Shown here one piece after another: positions 17,496-26,813 of a DNA stretch of 32,000 nt. The position numbers were made by a program, and so were the translations under genes. This stretch comes from Ferroglobus placidus DSM 10642 (GTDB taxonomy: Archaea > Halobacteriota > Archaeoglobi > Archaeoglobales > Archaeoglobaceae): the NCBI RefSeq assembly GCF_000025505.1, contig NC_013849.1, forward strand, positions 510,001 through 542,000. Direction: 5' to 3'. The notes under the pieces are model-generated. The model was not told the origin of the DNA and did no database searches. It was given only the letters and a program-made list of their open reading frames with translations. Position 1 is the stretch's first letter, and every line of letters begins with the position of its first letter.

Positions 17496-17957
17496 ATGCA
17501 ATGCGAAATATGCGGGAGGGAAATCCACGGGAGAGGGCATACGATTGTCGTTGAAGGAAGCGAAATGACCGTCTGTTCCCTTTGCAAAGACTACGGAGAG
17601 GAGAAATCGACGGTAGTTCAGCACGGAGTTGTTAAAGTCGTGAAAAAAGAGAAGAAGGTGAAGCCGATAGAATTTACGGAGGAACTTGTGGAAAATTACA
17701 ACGAGATAATCAGAAGGGAGAGAGAAAGGAGGGGCTGGAGTCAGGAGGAGCTTGCGAAGAAGATTCAGGAAAAAGCTTCGCTGATTAGGAAGATAGAAAA
17801 TAAGGAGATAACTCCGGAGCCCGAAGTGGTGGAAAAGCTTGAGAGAATTCTTGAAGTGAAGCTCAGAGAGAAGGTTGAGGAGGTAAAGGTTCAGGGAAGA
17901 AAGATCGAAAACCTGACTCTTGGAGATGTGGTGATAATCAGGAAAAAGAAGAAATGA
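17496..17957 (+). CDS. mbf1: archaeal multiprotein bridging factor 1 (zinc ribbon + XRE-type HTH)
   Basis: Starts MQCEICGREI...CSLCKDYG, then RERRGWSQEELAKKIQEKASLIRKIENKE. The SD GGAGGT lies 6 nt upstream. Confidence 0.85.
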   Translation: MQCEICGREIHGRGHTIVVEGSEMTVCSLCKDYGEEKSTVVQHGVVKVVKKEKKVKPIEFTEELVENYNEIIRRERERRGWSQEELAKKIQEKASLIRKIENKEITPEPEVVEKLERILEVKLREKVEEVKVQGRKIENLTLGDVVIIRKKKK

Positions 17958-19341
17958 ACCATCTCGTTCCTTTTTTTGTATCCACGAGGTAAATTCCTTT
18001 TTCTCTGAATTTTTCTCGTATTTTATCAGCTTTGTCGAAATCTCTCTCCTTTCTCGCAAGTTCTCTCTCTTTTATCAACCTTACGTCCTCTTCACCCAGC
18101 ACCGGCACTCTCGTGTACTTTTCAAATATTCCGAAAACGTATCCCATGGTTTTCAGCTCTTCAAACGCTTTTTCTAGAGCTTCTAAACTTGCTTCGAAAA
18201 GGTTCTTGTTGATCTCAGCTGCGAAGTTGTGCATCACAGCTATAGCTTTTGGAGTGTTCATGTCGTTTTCCAAGGCATTTACGAACTCGTTCATGTAACT
18301 CTTTACACTTCCTTCTCTTCTCTCCCCGAAAGTCTTTAAGTAAGCTATCTCCATGTCCAAGTTTCTGAGGGTGTTTAAAAGGTACTCGTAGCTCTTCTTA
18401 GCCCTCTCAAGAGCTTTCTCGCTGTAGTCGAGGGGAGATCTGTAGTGGGCTAAAAGAAGGAAAAATCTGAGAACCTCTCCACCGTATTTGTTCACCGCAT
18501 CTCTTATTCTAACGATGTTCCCCAAGCTTTTGCTCATCTTTTCTCCGTTTATCGTTACGAAGTTGTTGTGCACCCAGTATCTTACCGGCTCGACTCCGAA
18601 CAACGCGTAGCTTTGAGCCCTCTCGTTTTCGTGGTGTGGGAAGATCAAATCCATTCCTCCACCGTGGATGTCGAAGGGAACTCCGAGCAGCTCCGAAGAC
18701 ATCACGCTGCACTCTATATGCCATCCCGGTCTTCCCTTTCCCCAAGGGGAATCGTAAACAGATTTTGCTTTAAAGTCTTCCTCCTTTGCGGATTTCCACA
18801 AAGCGAAATCCTTCACGTCTTTCTTTCTCTCGTCTGGCTCAATTCTGTGACGGTTCAGCTCTTCCACGGAATAACCAGAAAGCTCGCCGTACTTTTCGAA
18901 GCGGGGAACGTGGAAGTAAACGTCTTTGCCATATTTACTTTCAACCTCGTAGGCGTATCCTTTTTCGATAAGAGCCTTCACGAACTCGATAATCTTCGGA
19001 ATGTAATCTGTAACCTTGGGATGCAATCCTTTTTTATAGTTCAGTGCTTCGGCATCTTTCCAGAATTCGGAAATGAAAAATTCAGCAACCTCTTTAGCCG
19101 TTTTTCCGAGCTCTATAGCCCTTCTTATTATTTTGTCGTCGACGTCGGTAAAGTTCTGCACGAAAATGACTTTGTGTCCTTTAAACTCGAGAAATCTTCT
19201 TAAAGTGTCGAAGAAAACGATGTTTCTTCCGTGCCCTATGTGGGAGTAATCGTAAGCAGTGATTCCGCAAACGTACATTCTCACAGTTTTATCGAGCTTT
19301 AATTCGACGATTTTTTTGCTCATGGTGTCGTAAATCTTCAT
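17938..19341 (-). CDS. cysS: cysteine--tRNA ligase
   Basis: 467 aa with the HIGH motif (SHIGHGR) and the KMSKS motif. Confidence 0.95.
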   Translation of the reverse strand: MKIYDTMSKKIVELKLDKTVRMYVCGITAYDYSHIGHGRNIVFFDTLRRFLEFKGHKVIFVQNFTDVDDKIIRRAIELGKTAKEVAEFFISEFWKDAEALNYKKGLHPKVTDYIPKIIEFVKALIEKGYAYEVESKYGKDVYFHVPRFEKYGELSGYSVEELNRHRIEPDERKKDVKDFALWKSAKEEDFKAKSVYDSPWGKGRPGWHIECSVMSSELLGVPFDIHGGGMDLIFPHHENERAQSYALFGVEPVRYWVHNNFVTINGEKMSKSLGNIVRIRDAVNKYGGEVLRFFLLLAHYRSPLDYSEKALERAKKSYEYLLNTLRNLDMEIAYLKTFGERREGSVKSYMNEFVNALENDMNTPKAIAVMHNFAAEINKNLFEASLEALEKAFEELKTMGYVFGIFEKYTRVPVLGEEDVRLIKERELARKERDFDKADKIREKFREKGIYLVDTKKGTRWFISSFS

Positions 19342-19394
19342 AAAGCAATTGAGATCACTAAATTTTTTAACTCTTTTCGAAAGAGAATGGATAA

Positions 19395-19976
19395 GTGCTA
19401 AGGATCGATAGAGAGAAGATCAAAATCTACGCTTCTATGACAGATCTCGTTACGATATCGAGAAGGTACTTTGTAATAGGCTTCTTCGATGGCGTTCTTA
19501 CAGTTATGGGAATGCTCATCGGAGCTTTTCTCAGCAATATCCCAAGCGAAGCCGTAATCTCTGCTGGAATAGCCACGAGTTTGGCTCTCGGAATTTCAAG
19601 TGGATGGGGGGCTTTTGAAGCCGAGAGAGTTGAGCAGAAAGTGGCGGCGATGGAGAAAAGAAAGTCTCTTTTAAAATTCGAAGACGATTACTGTTTGATC
19701 GACGAAGCCCACAGCTTTGCCATGAAAATAAGTGCGATAGTCCATGCGATAGCTCCAATTCCCGCTGGAATAATTCCTCTCATTCCCTACGTTTTTCTTC
19801 CGGCAAGAGAAGCCTTTCCGTATGCAGTGCTTATCGGACTCCTTCTGCTTTTCATCGTCGGAGTTATGCTCGGAAGAATATCGAAGGAGAACGTGATAAA
19901 ATCCGGATTGAGGCTGGTTCTCGCTGGAATTTTAACACTCGTCTTCGTCTCGATATTAAATCCCGTGCACCTTTGA
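19395..19976 (+). CDS. VIT1/CCC1-family membrane protein (putative Fe/Mn transporter)
   Basis: 193 aa. Contains RRYFVIGFFDGVLTVMGMLIG and several hydrophobic helices. It has a GTG start, with ATG 19437 as the alternative. Confidence 0.65.
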   Translation: MLRIDREKIKIYASMTDLVTISRRYFVIGFFDGVLTVMGMLIGAFLSNIPSEAVISAGIATSLALGISSGWGAFEAERVEQKVAAMEKRKSLLKFEDDYCLIDEAHSFAMKISAIVHAIAPIPAGIIPLIPYVFLPAREAFPYAVLIGLLLLFIVGVMLGRISKENVIKSGLRLVLAGILTLVFVSILNPVHL

Positions 19977-19994
19977 AAAACGTTTAAGGATATT

Positions 19995-20999
19995 CTATTC
20001 GGTTGAGAATTCGTGAAGTCTTCTCTGATTTACAAACGCCGAAATCCTTTTCACCGAATACCCCATCCTCTTTATCTCCGCAAGAGTGTATCCGCTTTCC
20101 AGTAACTTGGCGATCTTTTTCCCAACTCCGGGGATTTCTATCGCTTTAAGTTCTTTTTTCTTCAACGCTAAAACGAGCTTTGGGTCTTCTTTCGGTAAAA
20201 ATCCGTTTGTAAAGGTTTCTTTAAGCTCTTTGAAAGAATATCCGTAGAGTCTCAGAAGAGCGTCGGCTCTGTATAAGTTCACGACTCTCCTTTTTTCCTC
20301 CGCTTTTAAGTTCTCCATGGGCGTCCCTTTAACTGGAGTGAAACCCGAGTAGTAAACTCTCTTCACCCCCACTCTGTAAAGCTTTTCAGCGACTTTCAAA
20401 ATCTGCTCGTCGCTCTCTCCGATTCCCACGATCATCTGGGTTGAGAAACTCCTTCCTCTCTTTTTCGCCTCTTTCAACCCCCACCTCAGCCTTCTGAGAA
20501 CGTCTTCTTTCGTTTTAACGCTGCAAATTTCGTTGAAAATGCTCTTTGACGGAGTTTCTACGTTCACGCTGATTCTGTTTGCAATCTCAGCGGCTCTCTT
20601 AACTTGGTCTCTGCTTGCTCCCGGAACTATTTTCAGGTGGAGGTAACTCGGATTCTCTTTTCTAATCATTTCGCCAGCCTCTAAAATCTCCTCCATCGAC
20701 TTTTCAGGATCGCTTATGGCGTTGCTTATGAACGCTCCGCTAACGAACCCTTTCTCCTTTAAAAACTTGAAAGCTTTGTAAATTTCCTGAGGTGAGGCTT
20801 TAACTCCTTTATTCCAAGCGTTTCCGCAATATCTACAGTCGAAGGAGCAGGAGGAAGTTATGAGAGTTTTAAACAGATTTACTTTTTTACTCCCGGCTTT
20901 AGAGACGTAAATAAGCTTAAAAGGATCGAAGGCGCACTTTTCATGGCAAATGTCAAACTTGCTGAGGCTTACGAGTTTTCTTATCTTTTCGAGCTCCAC
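19995..20999 (-). CDS. putative DNA modification/repair radical SAM protein with a C-terminal helix-hairpin-helix
   Basis: 334 aa. LFKTLITSSCSFDCRYCGNAW gives a CX3CX2C motif. LPKEDPKLVLAL and IEIPGVGKKIAKLL (HhH) are also present. The pattern matches my memory of the TIGR03916 family. Confidence 0.7.
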   Translation of the reverse strand: MELEKIRKLVSLSKFDICHEKCAFDPFKLIYVSKAGSKKVNLFKTLITSSCSFDCRYCGNAWNKGVKASPQEIYKAFKFLKEKGFVSGAFISNAISDPEKSMEEILEAGEMIRKENPSYLHLKIVPGASRDQVKRAAEIANRISVNVETPSKSIFNEICSVKTKEDVLRRLRWGLKEAKKRGRSFSTQMIVGIGESDEQILKVAEKLYRVGVKRVYYSGFTPVKGTPMENLKAEEKRRVVNLYRADALLRLYGYSFKELKETFTNGFLPKEDPKLVLALKKKELKAIEIPGVGKKIAKLLESGYTLAEIKRMGYSVKRISAFVNQRRLHEFSTE

Positions 21000-21024
21000 A
21001 GATTACTGTCGAACCGCCAAAATA

Positions 21025-21642
21025 TTACTCTTTCCTTCCGCTTACTATCGTGACGAGCTTGCTCCAGAAAAAGTACGGACCGGTTTCGACAACTCTCAAA
21101 TCGTTAAGCCCGGCTTTTTCAAACCACAAAACGAGCTGCTGAGTTGAAGGAAATAGCATTATGGATTCGGCAAACTTCCTAACTATCGGATTGTCCGGCT
21201 TCCTCGGAGCGAGAATAACGACTCTCCCACCCGGCTTCGTTACCCTCGCCATCTCCTTTATTCCCTTTACCGGATTCGGCCAGTACTCTATGCTTCCAGC
21301 AGAAATCGAAGCGTCGAAAGAGTTGTCCTTGAAGGGGAGGTTTTCAGCATCTCCCCTCACAAAAAACGTTTTCTTGAACCTTTCCACAGCTTTTCTCATC
21401 TGCTCGGGAGTTATGTCCACCGCTACGACGTTCTCCTCTCCAACTCTTGCAACGATCTCTTCAGTCGTGAATCCGGTTCCGCATCCAACTTCGAGAACGA
21501 GATCTCCTTGCCCTATCTCAGCTAAATCAACGACTTTTTTTCTCATCTCAAGGGAGTAAAAAATCGGATTTACGTAATCGTAAATTTTGGAAAAATACTT
21601 GTAAAAAAATCTGGCTCTTCTCTTATCTTCAAGAACCCCCAC
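21025..21642 (-). CDS. class I SAM-dependent methyltransferase (UbiE/MenG-like)
   Basis: 205 aa. Motif I is [10 protein letters not shown], and GDAENLPF is present. The GTG start overlaps the rps6e 3' end by 14 nt. Confidence 0.8.
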   Translation of the reverse strand: MGVLEDKRRARFFYKYFSKIYDYVNPIFYSLEMRKKVVDLAEIGQGDLVLEVGCGTGFTTEEIVARVGEENVVAVDITPEQMRKAVERFKKTFFVRGDAENLPFKDNSFDASISAGSIEYWPNPVKGIKEMARVTKPGGRVVILAPRKPDNPIVRKFAESIMLFPSTQQLVLWFEKAGLNDLRVVETGPYFFWSKLVTIVSGRKE

Positions 21643-22033
21643 TCTGCTGCTCCTCCTTCTTAAAGAACTCTTCGAGAGGAATCTTTCCTTTCTTGACGAC
21701 CTTCATGTTTATCTGTACGATGTCTCTTGTGATCATCCTTCCTCTCACCATCTTTCTTTTTCTTACTCCTTTCTCCTTTGGTCTGTATCCGACTCCACCG
21801 GAGAGAAGAATTCTTTTCCTAACTCCTCCCGGCAGGTCTGGGCGCATTGGAAAACCGTCTTTGTCAGTTCCTCCGGTGATTTGAAGCTCGTAATCCGGAG
21901 GAAGCTCTACGAGCGTTCCGTTTATTACGTCGCCTATCTCTTTTCCAATGAGTTTGTTTGCGTTCGCTCCGCTTATTACTTTCTGATAAGCCCTTCCAGT
22001 TTCTGGATCCGAGATAACAACCTTAAACTCCAT
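21629..22033 (-). CDS. rps6e: 30S ribosomal protein S6e
   Basis: [17 protein letters not shown]...[18 protein letters not shown]. Confidence 0.93.
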   Translation of the reverse strand: MEFKVVISDPETGRAYQKVISGANANKLIGKEIGDVINGTLVELPPDYELQITGGTDKDGFPMRPDLPGGVRKRILLSGGVGYRPKEKGVRKRKMVRGRMITRDIVQINMKVVKKGKIPLEEFFKKEEQQSGGS

Positions 22034-22039
22034 ACAACA

Positions 22040-23806
22040 TCACCTCCCCCAAAACGGATTTTCCTTCCGCTTTATCTGCAAAAACTCCATAAAAGCCTTT
22101 TTAGCCTCTTCAGATAGCGAATCGAGAAGGTCTCTTTCTATTATTTTAGCGTGCTTTTCCGGAATATCGACGTAGAGAATTTCGTTTCCGTCGAGATGCC
22201 TTCCTATTGTTACTCCGTCTATCGCTATAGCCACTTCGTCACCTTCCGTCGCTACGGGAATATTCTCCCCAGCTTTTTGGATGCTCCTCACGCTTCCAGC
22301 CGGAGTTCCGTCGGGCTTTATGAGTTTAACGTCCCTTCTTAATTCTCCAGCGAGAACCTTGACTCCAACTATAGCCGGTTTACTCCTCCTGAATATGAAA
22401 TCTTTCAGAAGCTGGATCTTGCAGGGTTTGATTAGGCTTTCTATCTTTTGCTTCTCCCTCAGCCTTTTCTGCTCTTCTCTCCAGCTCGTCACGTTGTCGA
22501 GGAGGGAGTAAATTATGTTGTCGAGGAAAATTCTTACTCCGTACCTTGCAGCCTCCTCCTCGACTCCGGGCAGAACTTTCACGTTGAACCCTATCACCAG
22601 TCTGTTTATCTCGTCTCTGTTTGCCGCAGCCTCTACGACATCTCTTTTGTCGATGTCTCCAACTTCAGCCTTCTTTATAGGAATTCCAGCTTCTTTCAAC
22701 TCGTTGACTAAAGCCTCTAAACTCCCGAGAGTGTCCGTTTTTAGAACGACACCTTCTTCGTCAGTTTTTATCGTAACTTCCTCTATCTCTTTCCTAATCC
22801 TCTCTTCGAACTTCTTTACGTCTTCCTCACTCTCAACTACTTCAAATTCGCTGCCGGCGACAACGTTCTCAATTCCCGGAGCCACTATCTTCACTCCAGC
22901 CGCAGCAGTTACTTCTTTTACGCTTTTAAACTTGCTTTCCACTCTTATCTCCTGGGCTGGTCTTGGCTTGAGAATTCCCCTCACGTGAGTAACTACAACT
23001 CCGTTCACTCCACCAATTGCGATTTTGTCTCCAACTCTAAGCGTTCCGTCGTAGATAATCACGTCCATCGTCATTCCAAGCCCTTTCTCCTCTTTAACCT
23101 CAAGCACAGTCCCTTTTGCCTTTCCTTCAACGTGGAGTCTGAGGTTCTTCTCCAGATACCTCTGAGCCAAACCTACGAGGACGAGCAAAAGCTCGGGGAT
23201 TCCTTCGCCAGTTAAAGCGGAAACTGGAACTATCGCTACGGTCCTCGTGAAATCCCTTATTCTGTCGAACCTGTCGGCAGAGAATCCGTACTTGTAGAGC
23301 TCACCGATCAAATCGTAAATTTTGTTTTCAAGTCTTTGTTTGACAACATCATCCTGCTGCTGAAAGCTTTTCAAAAAAGGCTGGTTCTCGAAGCTCTGCC
23401 AGCCGGGAATCTTATCTATTTTGTTTGCTGCAACAACGAAAGGTGTTTTGAAAGTTCTTAGGATCATCAAAGCTTCTTCAGTTTGAGGTTTAAAGCCTTC
23501 GTTAACGTCAACTACGAGAATTGCCAAATCAGCTAAAGCTCCACCCCTCTTTCTCAAATTCGTGAAGGCTTTGTGTCCGGGGGTGTCGATAAAAAGAAGA
23601 CCGGGAATTGTTATGTTTTTCGGCCAGAGGTCTTTGCATATCTCTTTTATAAGCTCTATCGGAACTTCCGTAGCTCCGATATGCTGAGTTATCCCTCCGG
23701 CTTCCTTAGCTATTACTCTCGTGTTTCTAATCTTGTCTAAAAGCGTAGTTTTACCGTGATCTACATGTCCGAGAACCGCAACTATGGGAGTTCTAAGCTT
23801 CTTCAT
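22040..23806 (-). CDS. infB: translation initiation factor aIF5B
   Basis: 588 aa. The G-domain motifs are [19 protein letters not shown] and NKID. No intein-sized insertion. Confidence 0.95.
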   Translation of the reverse strand: MKKLRTPIVAVLGHVDHGKTTLLDKIRNTRVIAKEAGGITQHIGATEVPIELIKEICKDLWPKNITIPGLLFIDTPGHKAFTNLRKRGGALADLAILVVDVNEGFKPQTEEALMILRTFKTPFVVAANKIDKIPGWQSFENQPFLKSFQQQDDVVKQRLENKIYDLIGELYKYGFSADRFDRIRDFTRTVAIVPVSALTGEGIPELLLVLVGLAQRYLEKNLRLHVEGKAKGTVLEVKEEKGLGMTMDVIIYDGTLRVGDKIAIGGVNGVVVTHVRGILKPRPAQEIRVESKFKSVKEVTAAAGVKIVAPGIENVVAGSEFEVVESEEDVKKFEERIRKEIEEVTIKTDEEGVVLKTDTLGSLEALVNELKEAGIPIKKAEVGDIDKRDVVEAAANRDEINRLVIGFNVKVLPGVEEEAARYGVRIFLDNIIYSLLDNVTSWREEQKRLREKQKIESLIKPCKIQLLKDFIFRRSKPAIVGVKVLAGELRRDVKLIKPDGTPAGSVRSIQKAGENIPVATEGDEVAIAIDGVTIGRHLDGNEILYVDIPEKHAKIIERDLLDSLSEEAKKAFMEFLQIKRKENPFWGR

Positions 23807-24248
23807 ATATCCACTTTTCGTCCGCTCTCTCGTAGCTGAGAATTTCCTCCTCGTTGAAAAAGAGTGAGATTTCTCTTTCAGCAGATTCGAGCGAATCTGA
23901 TGCGTGAACGATATTTCTTCCTATGTCCATTGCAAAGTCTCCTCTTATCGTTCCGGGAGAGGCTTCAATTGGGTTCGTTTTTCCTACGAGGTTTCTCATA
24001 ACCTTTACAGCTTCTTTCCCTTCCACAACCATCGCAACAACCGGACCGGAAGTTATGTACGAAATGAGACTCTGGAAGAACGGCTTCTCTTTGTGTTCGG
24101 CGTAATGCTTTTCTGCAAGCTCCTTTGAGACTTCCATCATTTTCATTGCAACGATCTTCAGACCCTTCTGTTCGATTCTCTTTATCACTTCTCCAATAAG
24201 CCCTCTCTTAACTCCATCTGGCTTTACCATCACGAACGTCCTTTCCAT
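23793..24248 (-). CDS. ndk: nucleoside-diphosphate kinase
   Basis: [21 protein letters not shown]...NIVHASDS. Confidence 0.95.
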   Translation of the reverse strand: MERTFVMVKPDGVKRGLIGEVIKRIEQKGLKIVAMKMMEVSKELAEKHYAEHKEKPFFQSLISYITSGPVVAMVVEGKEAVKVMRNLVGKTNPIEASPGTIRGDFAMDIGRNIVHASDSLESAEREISLFFNEEEILSYERADEKWIYEEA

Positions 24249-24252
24249 TCTT

Positions 24253-24432
24253 TCACTTCCTCGCGTAATACTTCGTCCACTTTAACTTCCTTGGATTTCT
24301 TTTCAACTCAAGCATGTTTTTCTCGCACTTCCTTGAACAGAAGTAGAGTATTCTTCCGTCTCTTCTCACGACCATTTTTCCTGTTCCAAGCTCTATGTCG
24401 TAACCGCAGAATGAGCAGACTCTTTTTTCCAT
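24253..24432 (-). CDS. rpl24e: 50S ribosomal protein L24e
   Basis: [37 protein letters not shown] 24432 is preceded by GAGGTGA. The track start, GTG 24441, overlaps the rps28e stop. Confidence 0.9.
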   Translation of the reverse strand: MEKRVCSFCGYDIELGTGKMVVRRDGRILYFCSRKCEKNMLELKRNPRKLKWTKYYARK

Positions 24433-24437
24433 TTCTT

Positions 24438-24647
24438 TCACCTCACTGTGAGTTTCTTGGCTTCTCTTGCCGTCTCTTTAATCATCAATATGTCTCCCAC
24501 TCTCACCGGTCCAAAAACGTTCCTTGTTATTATCCTTCCCTTGTTCTCTCCCGCGAGAATCCTGACCTTTACCTGAGTAGCTTCACCGTGCATTCCGGTT
24601 CTGCCAATAATCTCTATTACCTCGGCTGGAGCGATGTCCTCCTCCAT
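24438..24647 (-). CDS. rps28e: 30S ribosomal protein S28e
   Basis: [24 protein letters not shown]...[16 protein letters not shown] 24647 is preceded by GGTGA. The track uses TTG 24662. Confidence 0.9.
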   Translation of the reverse strand: MEEDIAPAEVIEIIGRTGMHGEATQVKVRILAGENKGRIITRNVFGPVRVGDILMIKETAREAKKLTVR

Positions 24648-24678
24648 ACTTTCACCCAGCAAAAAAGGGTATAAAAAT

Positions 24679-25050
24679 TTACTTCTTCAAAGCGTTAATC
24701 TTCTTAATCAATTCTTCGAGTTCCTTCTTCGCTTCTCCTTCGTTAATTATCGCTGCTGAAGCTGCCGCAACGTCGATTCCAGCCGCTTTTCCAAGATCCT
24801 CTTTGGACTTCACGTAAACATAGGGTATGTTCTTTTCTTCGCAGAGCAAAGGCAAATGAGCAACGATCTCCGGAGGATCTACGTCCATAGCTATGTAAAC
24901 GAGCTTCGCCAAACCCCTTTCTACGGCTTTCGTCGTCTCGTTCGTTCCCTTCTTTATTTTTCCCGTCTCTCTCGCCTTTTCAAGCAAAGCAAGGGCTTCC
25001 TGCTGCAATTCCTCAGGAACCTCAAATCTCACGTACACGCTCATACTCAT
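24679..25050 (-). CDS. rpl7ae: 50S ribosomal protein L7Ae (K-turn binding protein)
   Basis: [48 protein letters not shown]. The SD GGAGGG abuts ATG 25050, so the second ATG at 25044 (6-nt spacing) may be the real start. Confidence 0.93.
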   Translation of the reverse strand: MSMSVYVRFEVPEELQQEALALLEKARETGKIKKGTNETTKAVERGLAKLVYIAMDVDPPEIVAHLPLLCEEKNIPYVYVKSKEDLGKAAGIDVAAASAAIINEGEAKKELEELIKKINALKK

Positions 25051-25062
25051 CCCTCCTTCACA

Positions 25063-25090
25063 CTTCTGTCATCGTTCATCGGCTGAGAAG
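25063..25090 (-). promoter_or_regulatory. hairpin with tandem GAUGA boxes (K-loop/K-turn-like) in the rpl7ae leader
   Basis: The minus-strand RNA is 5'-CUUCU CAG CCGA UGAA CGAUGA C AGAAG-3'. A 5-bp stem (CUUCU/AGAAG) encloses a D'-like CCGA and a C'-like CGAUGA. It lies 7 nt upstream of the SD. A TATA-like GGTATTTAAGC is at 25108-25118. Confidence 0.4.
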
Positions 25091-25104
25091 AGACGAAAGA
25101 TGAT

Positions 25105-26073
25105 TCAGCTTAAATACCTTTCCCTCACGGCTTTGTTAAAAGCAACTTCTCCTATCGATTTGAGGTTTCTGGAGACATCGATGAGAGAATAAATCGCAAT
25201 TCTATAATTTGCGTCACCTTTTTCGAGCTCTTTGAGCAGAATTTCTTCTATTTCGTTGGCTTGGGAAATGGAATCTTCAGCCATGTCTATGTCACCGGAA
25301 ATGTATGCCTTCATAACTTTCGAAAAAGTACTGTTCAGATCTTCCAAGAACATGAGGAGGTTTCCTTTAAATTCTTCAGATATTTCCGGAAGCTTCTCGG
25401 AGAAATCGTGCAAGTCATCTGCTATCTCCTCCAAAAATTTTGCAACAAGCCTCATCCCAAGAATGTGCCTCAGCTCGTTCCACCTTGATGGTGAGGAAAT
25501 GTCTTTCATTATCCTGTTCTCAAGCCTTATAGCGAGAAGATAAAGCCTGTCAGTATCGTTTTCCAAATTTTTAACGTCTTTCAATCCCTCCATATCTCCT
25601 AACGTCATGCAATCCACTATTCCGTCGAAAATTCCCTCTATTATCTGAGCCATTCTGTTCAAAACTCCGTTGACGTCTAACTCCGAAGAAGTCAGACTCC
25701 TCAAAACGACTCTTCCATTTGAAGCGTCTATTACCTCCATCCCTATTATCGAGTGAACTATGCTGCTGATCTTGGCTATAACTCTCGGAGTTAGCCCTTT
25801 ATCCTCTATCTCGACTTCATCGAGTCCTTGAATGAATAAAGCGTAAACGAACCTTTCGAGAAACTTCTCGTCGTATCTCGGGATGTTCGTTATCTTAGCC
25901 TTCACAATTCTGTAATCTTCGCTAATTTTCTTGGGAACTATTTTTACTATATCATCTTCGATTAGAAGGAGAAGCTCGTCCCCTTGCTTAAGCTTGTTGC
26001 TTCTTACCCAGTCTTTAGGTAGGCTTACCATGTAGCTTGAGCCGCCGATGAGCTGGAGCTTTCTAACCTCCAC
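25105..26073 (-). CDS. AbrB/SpoVT-domain + PhoU-domain regulator (phosphate uptake regulator-like)
   Basis: 322 aa. The N-terminus, RKLQLIGGSSYMVSLPKDWVRSNKLKQGDELLL, is an AbrB-type swapped hairpin. Helical PhoU-like repeats follow. GTG start. Confidence 0.75.
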   Translation of the reverse strand: MEVRKLQLIGGSSYMVSLPKDWVRSNKLKQGDELLLLIEDDIVKIVPKKISEDYRIVKAKITNIPRYDEKFLERFVYALFIQGLDEVEIEDKGLTPRVIAKISSIVHSIIGMEVIDASNGRVVLRSLTSSELDVNGVLNRMAQIIEGIFDGIVDCMTLGDMEGLKDVKNLENDTDRLYLLAIRLENRIMKDISSPSRWNELRHILGMRLVAKFLEEIADDLHDFSEKLPEISEEFKGNLLMFLEDLNSTFSKVMKAYISGDIDMAEDSISQANEIEEILLKELEKGDANYRIAIYSLIDVSRNLKSIGEVAFNKAVRERYLS

Positions 26074-26126
26074 GAATATGTATTAGAATCGTTAAAATTT
26101 AAATACTTTTTTCTTTCTACATACCT

Positions 26127-26396
26127 CTACGAAGAGTAAGTCGAATCCTCATCGAGGTTGTATATCATATCCTGAAGCATTTTCGTCGCAAGTCCGGCGA
26201 GAACTTTATCGTCGTTTACGAGCTCCTTAATCATCATGAGCGAAGCAGCTTCCTTCAATTCGAAACTTTTGAGGTTCTCAAGCTGATTTAACAACTTCAC
26301 GAATAACCTATATATTTCAGCCAATCTCTCGTCGTCTTCTTCAAATTCGTCCTCCTCGACTTCGTATATTTCTATGTACTCTTCGAACTCGTCCAT
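26127..26396 (-). CDS. hypothetical small, highly acidic protein
   Basis: MDEFEEYIEIYEVEEDEFEEDDERLAEIY... The track start is TTG 26417. I prefer ATG 26396, which has an AAATTTTTAAATAA TATA-like element about 25 nt upstream. I do not recognise a family. Confidence 0.5.
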   Translation of the reverse strand: MDEFEEYIEIYEVEEDEFEEDDERLAEIYRLFVKLLNQLENLKSFELKEAASLMMIKELVNDDKVLAGLATKMLQDMIYNLDEDSTYSS

Positions 26397-26429
26397 TGCT
26401 AAATGGTTACGCAGCAATTATTTAAAAAT

Positions 26430-26813
26430 TTATTGGGATTCAACCTCGAAAACTAAAACTTCGTCTCCATCTTTAACTTCTTTTAAAACCGTTGGATCGT
26501 CCAGTATTTTCCCAATTACGTTTACAGCACTTGCAGGTCTTATCTTATCGTCGCTTATTGGCGTTTTTCCGAAAAATAAGCATATCGCTTTTCCGGGAAT
26601 CCAGTAAGCTACATCCCCAACCTCAACAACCTCCTTGGAATTCTCCTCGACCGATACGTTTACGTTTGTATGGAAGTAAACTTCGTCTCCCCATCTGTTG
26701 GCTGTGCTTTTTATCGGTAATGCCTTCTTTATCGCCTCAATCGTTTTCGGAGCAAGAGATTCGTCTAACTCAGCGGTAACTTCGACTTTACCGACTTTTA
26801 TCTTTACTTTCAT
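26430..26813 (-). CDS. cyclophilin-like-fold protein (TM1367/PF04126-like)
   Basis: [47 protein letters not shown]...[18 protein letters not shown] start it at ATG 26813. The 30-aa N-terminal extension in the track has no support. Confidence 0.6.
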   Translation of the reverse strand: MKVKIKVGKVEVTAELDESLAPKTIEAIKKALPIKSTANRWGDEVYFHTNVNVSVEENSKEVVEVGDVAYWIPGKAICLFFGKTPISDDKIRPASAVNVIGKILDDPTVLKEVKDGDEVLVFEVESQ

